DNA from: Phycisphaerae bacterium
Lineage (GTDB): Bacteria > Planctomycetota > Phycisphaerae > UBA1845
Direction of reading: 5' to 3'
Length of the DNA: 64,000 nucleotides
Assembly: GCA_963666835.2 (NCBI GenBank)
Contig: CAXXGO010000003.1
Span: 384,001-448,000, forward strand
How positions within the stretch are numbered: the stretch's first letter is position 1; each line of letters starts with the position of its first letter. The notes under the pieces were generated by a model, which ran no database searches, was not told the origin of the DNA, and was given only the letters and a program-made list of their open reading frames with translations. Both the position numbers and the translations under genes were made by a program. Shown here in pieces: positions 50,588 through 58,558 of the stretch.

Positions 50588-51135
50588 CGCACATCCTCCC
50601 CGCATTCTGAGCAGACGCCGGACTCGTTGCCGGTCAGGTTGTAGCCGCAGCTGATGCACAGACCTCGCTTCCGGCGACGGCGGCGGCGAAGGGGACCGCG
50701 GATGAAGGCGACGGCGGGGAAGATGGAGAACATGACAGCCACGAGCCATGTAGGTAGTGCCAGCGCGCGAATGTGCATGCGCGGTTCCATTGGCATGGGG
50801 ATACTCATACAGCAGAAATCAAGGATACAAGCCCCAAACGGTCCGCCTGGGTCCAGTATCTCATGAAGGGCATCTACATGGGGCCAGTGCTTGTTATACC
50901 AAAACTCGTCTCGGACATGGACAAACATCTCCGTGGCAGCCCGCAAATCGTTCCCCTCGGCTGTCCAACTATACAAGTAAACGACGCCGACCCCATCTCG
51001 TATGTCGAACATCGCCTGCGCGCGACTCATCGGACGACTCATCCAGAACACGCGATCGGTGTAGCTCCAGAGAGAGATGACGATGAACAAGCCCGTGAAC
51101 ATCAGCGATAGACCCAATAGGGCTTTGCGAAGCAC
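50584..51135 (-). CDS. Membrane protein with C-terminal zinc ribbon (array 2)
   Basis: VLRKALLGL head; FIRGPLRRRRRRKRGLCISCGYNLTGNESGVCSECG tail. Confidence 0.78.
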   Translation of the reverse strand: MLRKALLGLSLMFTGLFIVISLWSYTDRVFWMSRPMSRAQAMFDIRDGVGVVYLYSWTAEGNDLRAATEMFVHVRDEFWYNKHWPHVDALHEILDPGGPFGACILDFCCMSIPMPMEPRMHIRALALPTWLVAVMFSIFPAVAFIRGPLRRRRRRKRGLCISCGYNLTGNESGVCSECGEDVR

Positions 51136-51284
51136 GTTCGATCCCCTGTCCCATGGACACTCGTCACCAGAACCCCAGGAGTACCTTGGGGCCCGCTCAC
51201 GCCCTCGCATCCCGCACCACCTCGCCTCTCGCTCTCACTCGCAAGCTATCGCATCATCATAATACCGCGTCCCCTGCTGGCGCC

Positions 51285-51480
51285 TTCGGTGGGATTGTAG
51301 CCACAGGTAATACAGTGGCTGTCCTTGCGGCCACCGCGAGGCATGGGGCCATGAGCCAGGAAAGCGCGAGGGCGGCCAACGGCAGAAGCACGACCGAACG
51401 ATCGGTACCCGATCCACAAGCAGTCAGGCGGATGCCCCAGCGTCCGCCAGTCGGCCCCCGCCCCAGTGGAAAACGCACAG
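51285..51480 (-). pseudogene. Degenerate 3' remnant of a zinc-ribbon array gene
   Basis: VVLLPLAALALSWLMAP TM and HCITCGYN in different frames; the second CxxC is missing. Confidence 0.5.
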
Positions 51481-51502
51481 CTACGCCACACCCGCTCTGG
51501 AA

Positions 51503-52594
51503 CTATGGTCGATCATCGGGGCCCTCTGAATGCCCTATATCGCGAACAACGCGGAAACCGACGATCTGTCGGAAGCCCACCTCTTCCCCCGAGAAGGGAA
51601 CACGGTCAAGGAGAGGCAGCGGGAAGCGAGCGGTGGATGTGCATGCCAGCGGGTTATCTGCCAGCCACGCACCGCTTCGAAGAACGTGAGTCCACCCAGC
51701 TGGCGGCCCCACCGGATCAACCATGAGGCCCTTCGCCTCGCATTCCAAGTAATAGGAATTGGAGAACCAGTCATGTACCCACTCAGCAACGTTGCCATGC
51801 ATGTCGTAGATTCCCCACGCGTTTGGTTTTAGTCCTGCCACGCGGGAGGCGCGTCCAATGTCCCTCTTGCACCACCCGTAGTCGGCAAGTCCGAAGCGGA
51901 AACGTCCAAACGACCACTGGGTATCGGTGCCTGCCCGACAAGCGTATTCCCATTCAGCTTCGGTTGGCAGCCGGTAGACCGCGTCTTCCTTCTGAGAGAG
52001 AGTATCGCAGAAGCGGCGCGCTTGTTCCCACGTTACCCCCACCGCCGGAGAGTCAGGATCCGGCGAATACGCGCTTGCTTTGAACGACGGGGACAGCTGC
52101 TGCATCTCCTCGTTGGTTACCTCGGTAACCGCGATGAAGAACGAACGGGAGATTCTGACGGGATGGGCAACATCTTCTTCATATATCCTGTGTTTGTCCG
52201 GCCCCATTGTGAACTCACCGGGGGCAATCTGAACAAACCTCATCCCCAGCGTGTTTACACGGGCGGCCACCCAGACCTGACCGCGGTTCACAGGATCTCT
52301 CTCGGCGATTCGCCCCAGGGCCTGTGTGGCCGGATACCAATCCGCACGCTTGCTCTGTTTCGTCAGGCTAACCAACTGAGCGAATTCGCTTGGGCTCTGC
52401 TCGCTGTGCCCCTCATCCGGCTGGGCGTGGGCCACACTCGACGCGGTCGAGACGATGGCAAGCGCCATCAACAACTGCGTGATCGCGATGCCAGAAGCAG
52501 CCTTACCTATCGCGTCTCTTCGGCCGATCGAGAACCGAGCAACCTCACGATCAGACTCTGGTGAAGTCGGGCACTGGCCCTGCTTGCCTATCAT
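51503..52594 (-). CDS. FGE-sulfatase (SUMF1)-family protein
   Basis: NTLGMRFVQIAPGEFTMG, TEVT, YRLPTEAEWEYACRAG, PNAWGIYDMHGNVAEW and GFRVV motifs. Confidence 0.88.
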   Translation of the reverse strand: MIGKQGQCPTSPESDREVARFSIGRRDAIGKAASGIAITQLLMALAIVSTASSVAHAQPDEGHSEQSPSEFAQLVSLTKQSKRADWYPATQALGRIAERDPVNRGQVWVAARVNTLGMRFVQIAPGEFTMGPDKHRIYEEDVAHPVRISRSFFIAVTEVTNEEMQQLSPSFKASAYSPDPDSPAVGVTWEQARRFCDTLSQKEDAVYRLPTEAEWEYACRAGTDTQWSFGRFRFGLADYGWCKRDIGRASRVAGLKPNAWGIYDMHGNVAEWVHDWFSNSYYLECEAKGLMVDPVGPPAGWTHVLRSGAWLADNPLACTSTARFPLPLLDRVPFSGEEVGFRQIVGFRVVRDIGHSEGPDDRP

Positions 52595-52720
52595 CTTGTC
52601 GCCTCCACTTTCAGTCACGCCACAACAGACCAGATGATCTACCGCGTCGCGGGCTCCTCTTCCATCTCGCTCGCTGGTCGCCCCCGCGCATTGGGGCGCC
52701 GGCCAGATGCCCGAACGACT

Positions 52721-52810
52721 TCATCCCATCCAATTATCCACCGTTAGCACTCCAAGCGTCAACCCGACGATGACGGCCACGCGCAGCACCCTGAGGATCT
52801 TACGAATCAC
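52721..52810 (-). pseudogene. Truncated 5' head of a zinc-ribbon array gene
   Basis: VIRKILRVLRVAVIVGLTLG, then a stop after 29 codons; near-identical to the head at 8648. Confidence 0.75.
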
Positions 52811-53376
52811 TGCGGAATCTCCGAACCGCACTCAGGGCAGACTCCCGAGGCGTTCCCCTCTAGGCTGTACCCACACGTCAGGCACAAGCCTCGCTTTCTT
52901 CGACGCCACCTGCGAACCGGGCCACGCACTAAGACAAGCCCCGGATACGCTGCCAGGACGACGAACGGGAACCAGCTTGGCATCTCAATCGCCCGGGTCA
53001 CTTCTGACGGACCGGGACCCGCGATAGATTTCTCCACCGCCCATGCAAGGCTCCCGAGGCCAATCCGCCTGACCGTCACGCCTCTCGGATCCTCCGCTCG
53101 GTTTATGAGTACCACGCTGACTCGGTCTGGCCTGACCCCAACCAGCAGGACGCGATTAAACGAGACCGCCCCTCCACGTTCGCGCCCGTTCAACCTCTCA
53201 GTGCCGAAGCTCAGCGAGAACACACTTATGGAGTGGCGCGGCAGCCGAAAGACATGCATTCTCTGATCTTCGGACATCCAGCCAAAGTTGGCTCCCGGGA
53301 ACGCCAGGACCACCCACGCGACGGCGTAGACAACCGCCCCCAGCACGCACCCGAATAGGATCGTCTTGCGGATCAT
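52807..53376 (-). CDS. Membrane protein with C-terminal zinc ribbon (array 2)
   Basis: MIRKTILFGCVLGAVVYAVAWVVLAFP head; RKRGLCLTCGYSLEGNASGVCPECG tail; ATGA overlap. Confidence 0.8.
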   Translation of the reverse strand: MIRKTILFGCVLGAVVYAVAWVVLAFPGANFGWMSEDQRMHVFRLPRHSISVFSLSFGTERLNGRERGGAVSFNRVLLVGVRPDRVSVVLINRAEDPRGVTVRRIGLGSLAWAVEKSIAGPGPSEVTRAIEMPSWFPFVVLAAYPGLVLVRGPVRRWRRRKRGLCLTCGYSLEGNASGVCPECGSEIPQ

Positions 53377-53903
53377 GAGGTGGTTGCCCTCCCGCATTCG
53401 GGGCAGGTGCCGGAGGTGTTGCCGGTGAGGTTGTAGCCGCAGGCGAGGCATAGCCCACGCTTCCGGCGACGGTGACGACGGAGTGGGCCGCGGTAGAAAA
53501 CCGCCGACGGATAAGCTCCGAATAGGACGACGGGCAGCAAGAGCCCAACTAAGATACGATCCGCCTTCATGTGCACTCCAGCGTTGGGTGCCGAGTTGGG
53601 GAATGTGAAACCGCTCTCGTCGCATCCCAACACGACAAGCCGCAACTGCGGTAGCACGACCCAATGTGTCCGTCGAGTTTTCTGTGCCGTATCCACCACC
53701 GTGTACCGCCAGAAATTGACCCTGCCATCGACGAAAACTACCACAAACTGCTGTTCACCAACGACGAACAAAGGTCGGTCAGGGATCATCACCTCGACCT
53801 GCGTGAAGAACCCGACAATGCCACACCCCAGCGTGAGGGCTGCCCCCAACGTCAACCCAACGACGACGGTCACGCGGAACACTCTGAGGAACTTGCGGAT
53901 CAC
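53373..53903 (-). CDS. Membrane protein with C-terminal zinc ribbon (array 2)
   Basis: VIRKFLRVFRVTVVVGLTLGA head; RKRGLCLACGYNLTGNTSGTCPECG tail. Confidence 0.8.
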   Translation of the reverse strand: MIRKFLRVFRVTVVVGLTLGAALTLGCGIVGFFTQVEVMIPDRPLFVVGEQQFVVVFVDGRVNFWRYTVVDTAQKTRRTHWVVLPQLRLVVLGCDESGFTFPNSAPNAGVHMKADRILVGLLLPVVLFGAYPSAVFYRGPLRRHRRRKRGLCLACGYNLTGNTSGTCPECGRATTS

Positions 53904-54493
53904 GGCCTGATCTCCGACCCGCATTCCGGGCAAACACCGCTGACGTTGCCGGTGAGGTTGTAGCCGCAGGCGATGCAGTAACCGGGCGGAGGGAGTCGAA
54001 ACCAACGGAGCTTCGCGATGATGGCGGCGATGAGCAATCCGATGTGCATGGGCAATATCGCGTAGATCGGCACGAAAAGGAAGATCATGCCGTCGTTCGG
54101 TCCCACCCGTGCGCCAACATAGATGGTACTCCAATAAGCGGCGTACACCGGCACCAACACGCTGAAGATCCCCAGCAACCCACACCACAGAAACAGAAAG
54201 CACTGTCTTCGCAACCGCTTCCTACTCAGCACGAGAATCCAGAGGGTCAGGCCGACGAAGGGAACGAGAGTCCAACCGAACGACACACCCAGTGTGCCAC
54301 GCATGCTCAGTGGCCAGCGGAGAACGTCCGCCGCAGCCGGAGCGAATGCTACCTTTCCTGCGACACACCGCACTGCCAGTTGAGCCAGGCCCAGGGTAAG
54401 CGTGCCCATAACCAATGGCAGCAGCATGAGGTAGATGCGTGTGGAGCCCGTCACTTTCTCCGAGTACCGGGTTGGAATGTGGACTGTGGGCAC
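53900..54493 (-). CDS. Multi-pass membrane protein with C-terminal zinc ribbon (array 2, first gene)
   Basis: About four TM segments; PPPGYCIACGYNLTGNVSGVCPECG tail. Confidence 0.78.
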   Translation of the reverse strand: MPTVHIPTRYSEKVTGSTRIYLMLLPLVMGTLTLGLAQLAVRCVAGKVAFAPAAADVLRWPLSMRGTLGVSFGWTLVPFVGLTLWILVLSRKRLRRQCFLFLWCGLLGIFSVLVPVYAAYWSTIYVGARVGPNDGMIFLFVPIYAILPMHIGLLIAAIIAKLRWFRLPPPGYCIACGYNLTGNVSGVCPECGSEIRP

Positions 54494-55045
54494 CGCGATC
54501 TACCTCAAAGCAGTTTCGGCAAGAAACTCGCAGACAGAGAACGAACAGAGCCCAGGAGCCTCCATGCCGATTCTCTCCAGCGTCTGCGCTGCCAGCGGGA
54601 CAACGAGGTAGCCGCGGCGACGCGCAGATAATCCCCAGCATGATACCGAACCAGCCCCCTGTTCGCCAGCGCTATCCAGGATCGCCCAGCGAAAACTGCT
54701 CACGCGTCGGAGGGGGGTTAAGTCTAGATGGTACCGCCAGGATCGACCGGGGGGCGTGGTTCAGCTTTTCCAGGCCGATAGGGGGCCCACGTCTTTCGAT
54801 TCGCCCTTCCACACGTGCTTCGCCTTCGGCGCCGGCACCTTCGGGCGATGCCATAAGCGCGGCACGTTGCAGAGAGAAGGCGCCTTCATCCGGCATCGAC
54901 TCACCGCAAACAACGCGGAGACGAACCGGAAGGACATCGGAAACACCTTGAAAACAAGGGTGAAACACGCTCAGCGGATTACATTGGTATAGTGTCATGA
55001 CGTGGCATTTTTTTTGCGCAACCCACCGGTGGTATAATTTTCTTC

Positions 55046-55074
55046 TTGCATTCCCCTAATTCGTGGGGTATGTT
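55046..55074 (+). promoter_or_regulatory. Sigma70-like promoter of the ArdC operon
   Basis: TTGCAT-17 bp-TATGTT in an AT-rich patch, followed by a hairpin ggtcccg..gatg/catc.cgggacc at about 55095-55123. Confidence 0.55.
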
Positions 55075-55155
55075 TGTTGTGTTGAATGAGAAGTGGTCCC
55101 GCGATGCTACCAACATCCGGGACCGTGGCCAACACCTACTGGAGAGGTATTGACG

Positions 55156-56013
55156 ATGGAAACTGTAGCAAGAGAATCGACGAAGGACAAGGCGAAGCGA
55201 CTCCGTGAGACAATCGACAAGAGCCTAGACACACTGGCCAACGCGGTTGACGCGGTTCGCGCTTCGGAGACGTTTCAAGCATATCTGGCGATTCAAGCCA
55301 AGTTTCACCGCTATTCTTGGCACAATTCGCTTCTAATCCTCTCGCAATGCCCGAACGCTAGCCACGTTGCCGGGTTCAAGGCATGGAAGACCAAGTTTCG
55401 GCGTAGCGTCCGCAAGGGCGAGCGCGGAATTATGATCTTCGCCCCACGTCCCTACTCGAAAGAGATCGAGAACGCGGACGGGGAAACCGAAACGGTTAAC
55501 GGCGTGTCCTTCCGTGCCGTTCATGTCTTCGACGTTTCGCAAACCGACGGGGAAGACTTGCCGAGCGTCGACTGTCCGACAATCGACGTTGCAGCCGATA
55601 CGCTGCTATCCAATCTGCAAGCGGTTGCCACGAATCGCGGAATCGCCCTGGAATTCAAGCGGATTGACGGCGGAGTCTTCGGTGTAAGCAAGGGCGGTTC
55701 AATCGAAGTCGACAACACGCACGAAACGGGACAACAGGCAAAAACGCTCGCCCACGAGCTAGCCCACGAAGCCCTACACAAGACAAACCGGGGCGCGTTA
55801 ACCCGCAATATGGCGGAGCTTGAAGCCGAATCGGTCGCCTACGTGGTTTGTGCTCACTTCGGTCTTGACGTCGAAGTCCGAGCAAGTCGCTACATCGCCC
55901 TTTGGGACGGAGACTCGAAAGCCCTGCGCGAGAGCCTGGACCGAATCAGCAAGACCGCACGGGAGATTATCGACGATGTCGAAACCCTCAAGACCCGAAA
56001 GGCGGTGGCATGA
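55156..56013 (+). CDS. ArdC-like ssDNA-binding/antirestriction protein with HExxH metallopeptidase-like domain
   Basis: FHRYSWHNSLLI..Q.P.A..VAGFKAWK..R.VRKGE, VFDVSQTDG, TLAHELAHE and ELEAESVAY motifs. Confidence 0.82.
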   Translation: METVARESTKDKAKRLRETIDKSLDTLANAVDAVRASETFQAYLAIQAKFHRYSWHNSLLILSQCPNASHVAGFKAWKTKFRRSVRKGERGIMIFAPRPYSKEIENADGETETVNGVSFRAVHVFDVSQTDGEDLPSVDCPTIDVAADTLLSNLQAVATNRGIALEFKRIDGGVFGVSKGGSIEVDNTHETGQQAKTLAHELAHEALHKTNRGALTRNMAELEAESVAYVVCAHFGLDVEVRASRYIALWDGDSKALRESLDRISKTAREIIDDVETLKTRKAVA

Positions 56014-56270
56014 TGAAGGCTATCGACCTTGACGCCGCATTGGCTATCGCCCGGTCCGATCGGCCGTTGAACATGGACGACTTATCGATCTTCGACGGGT
56101 TCGGACTAGCGGACTTCAAACCCGTGACATGCACTATCGAAGCGTTGGCAATGCTAGTGCGTTGGCAGTGTGTCTGCTTCGACGGTTCGATCGACGCTGA
56201 GAATCTCCTAGAGATAGCTACGGTAGGCCGACACCGCTTCACCGTGCTTTCCGGAAAGGCGGTGGCATGA
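56010..56270 (+). CDS. Small hypothetical protein
   Basis: ATGA overlaps at both ends, with the repeated junction sequence. Confidence 0.65.
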   Translation: MMKAIDLDAALAIARSDRPLNMDDLSIFDGFGLADFKPVTCTIEALAMLVRWQCVCFDGSIDAENLLEIATVGRHRFTVLSGKAVA

Positions 56271-56548
56271 TGACCGGGCCGAGACGAATAAGAGCCAAGT
56301 ATGCTGGAAAGTGTCGGGATTGTGGCGGTGAAATTCGCGTTGGCGATTCGGTTTACTGGCAACGCGGACACGGGGCAAGGCACGTCGACTGCGAAACCGC
56401 TCGATTGCGGGATAGCGTCTGCCCGGTGTGTAGTGGACATGGGGCAAGCTGGAACGGTACACCGTGCCGGTCTTGTGACGCTACGGGTAGCCGGGAGGTT
56501 TACGAATTCGCCAAGGCCGGGGGACATCCGAGAAAGGCGGTGTCCTAA
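56267..56548 (+). CDS. Small zinc-finger protein
   Basis: AKYAGKCRDCG..HVDC plus CPVCSGHG..CRSCDATG (DnaJ-type CxxCxGxG). Confidence 0.7.
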   Translation: MMTGPRRIRAKYAGKCRDCGGEIRVGDSVYWQRGHGARHVDCETARLRDSVCPVCSGHGASWNGTPCRSCDATGSREVYEFAKAGGHPRKAVS

Positions 56549-56742
56549 TGAAACTGTCAAAGGCCACAAGCCGAGCAATCCGCCGGAGTCGCCAGAGCGA
56601 CGAACCGGTCTACGTGGTCTTCGATCCGACTGAAGACTGCAATCACGCGGACGCCTACTTCGTGACCGACGATGTAGGCTTGGACACTTACTACGCCGGG
56701 ATAATCCCGACTGCCTGTTACCTTGGGGGAACGCCATGCTAA
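56548..56742 (+). CDS. Small hypothetical protein
   Basis: TAATG overlap with the upstream gene and overlap with the next start. Confidence 0.55.
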   Translation: MKLSKATSRAIRRSRQSDEPVYVVFDPTEDCNHADAYFVTDDVGLDTYYAGIIPTACYLGGTPC

Positions 56743-57425
56743 GCGAACGATACCGACCGCAGACGTGGGAAGACTTCATCGGCCAGCCGATTATCGACGA
56801 CATCCGGGAAGCCTGCGCCGACGATTGGCTGTTTGAGGGTTGCGGCGAGCGCTGGTTATTCGAGTCGGACGGGATTGCCGGTTGCGGCAAGACTAGCGCG
56901 GCCTACGTCACCGCTCGCGCTCTTGGTTGCTCCGATATGAGTATCGAGCGGATCGATAGCCGGTCCGTGTGCGTCGCGGACTTCCGTGCCCTGGAAGCGT
57001 CGATGTATTGCTTCGCTATGGGCGGATCGGGGCGACGCGCCTTCATTGTCGATGAGATTCAACACCTTAATAGAGATTGCCAGCGCCTGTTACTGGGGCT
57101 TCTGGAGAATCTGCCGAATCACGTCATCGTCATCGGGACCACGACAAGCACAACGTGGGCGAGCGAAGTCGACGGACTGGCCAGTCGGTGGCGCCGGTTC
57201 CGGTTCCGCAAACCCAGCGCTCCGGCCGTTGCTGAGCACCTGGAGCGAATCGCGCGAGAAGCGAACCTACCGATTCCACCAGGTTTCCGGTTCCTTTCCT
57301 ACGTTCAAGGCAAGTGTGGAGTCGATCTGAAGGGCAACAACATCCGGGACGCTATCGACCAGCTTCCCGACACGCTCCGTAGGTACAAGGGCAAGCCGGT
57401 CAAGGCGGTTCACGTAGCCGCCTAG
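56736..57425 (+). CDS. Short clamp-loader (DnaX/RFC)-like AAA+ ATPase
   Basis: ERYRPQTWEDFIGQ, GIAGCGKT, IVDEIQHL, VIGTT and LASRW (SRC-like) motifs. Confidence 0.78.
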   Translation: MLSERYRPQTWEDFIGQPIIDDIREACADDWLFEGCGERWLFESDGIAGCGKTSAAYVTARALGCSDMSIERIDSRSVCVADFRALEASMYCFAMGGSGRRAFIVDEIQHLNRDCQRLLLGLLENLPNHVIVIGTTTSTTWASEVDGLASRWRRFRFRKPSAPAVAEHLERIAREANLPIPPGFRFLSYVQGKCGVDLKGNNIRDAIDQLPDTLRRYKGKPVKAVHVAA

Positions 57426-57445
57426 GCGCGGGGAAGGAATAGAAT

Positions 57446-58138
57446 ATGAACGCTGTAGGATACACGCGCGTAAGCACGCAAGAACAGGCGAGTAGCGGGC
57501 TCGGGCTGGAAGCGCAGGCCGAGCGGATCAAGGCCTACGCAACGCTCAAGGGCTTGTCGCTGGCCGAGATAATCGTCGATGCCGGAGTATCGGGCGGGAA
57601 GCCGTTGGCCAGCAGAGAAGGCGGGAATCGGCTGCTGGAGTGTCTCCGGGAGCGCCGCGCCGGAGCGGTGGTCATGTTGAAGCTCGATCGAGGGTTCAGG
57701 AACGCTGGCGACTGCCTGAACACCGTGGAGCGTTGGGACCGGAAGGGAATCGCCCTGCACGTGGTCGACTTGGGCGGGAATGCGATCGACACGACATCGG
57801 CGGCCGGGAGGTTCATGCTGGTAGTCTTGGCCGGCGCGGCTGAGATGGAACGCAACCTCACCCGCGAGCGAACCAAGTCCGCCATGGCCGTGAAGAAGTC
57901 GAACGGCCAGAGAGTCGGGACGGTACCCTACGGTTACGATCTTGCCGAGGACGGGATAGCGCTCATCCCGAACGAACCCGAGCAGGCCGTAATCCGGGAC
58001 ATACAGGCTATGCGGGCGAGCGGGAACACCCTCGTGGCCATCGCCGAAAAACTGACGGAACGCGGCATCCCTACTAAGACGGGCAGGTCGAAGCAGTGGA
58101 GTCACTCGGCGGTAGTGCGGATACTGAAGAGGGAGTAA
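57446..58138 (+). CDS. Serine recombinase (resolvase/invertase family) with C-terminal DNA-binding segment
   Basis: GYTRVSTQEQ, DAGVSG, KLDRGFR, EMERNLTRERT and PYGY motifs. Confidence 0.92.
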   Translation: MNAVGYTRVSTQEQASSGLGLEAQAERIKAYATLKGLSLAEIIVDAGVSGGKPLASREGGNRLLECLRERRAGAVVMLKLDRGFRNAGDCLNTVERWDRKGIALHVVDLGGNAIDTTSAAGRFMLVVLAGAAEMERNLTRERTKSAMAVKKSNGQRVGTVPYGYDLAEDGIALIPNEPEQAVIRDIQAMRASGNTLVAIAEKLTERGIPTKTGRSKQWSHSAVVRILKRE

Positions 58139-58558
58139 GTATGAGGCGAAATCACAGGTGCATGCACGTCGTCCTTCCGAGACCCACCATTCAATCCCCT
58201 CCCCAGGCAATGAGCAACTCACTCAACGCCCACAGGGGCGATCTGCGCGATTGGAGGCATTTGCCCACAAGATAGGGCGATCGTCCAACACAGGGCGATT
58301 CTGTGCGAATGAGCGGCGGCTGAGGGCGAGTCGATACGCGATTCAGATCCCCAATGTGCCCCATGAGTCTATACACACACAAGAATCCCCCGACAGGCGA
58401 GCATGACTCACCCGCCTGTCGGGGTCAGCAGTTTCAGTTATATGGCGAGCGAGGGGGCTCCACCAACACTATCATTGCGGCCCTTGCCGCAAGTCCCGGT
58501 CGGCTTGGCGACGTTCTTAGCGCCCCGCCACTCCATCGCGACCTCGCAGCAATCCTGT

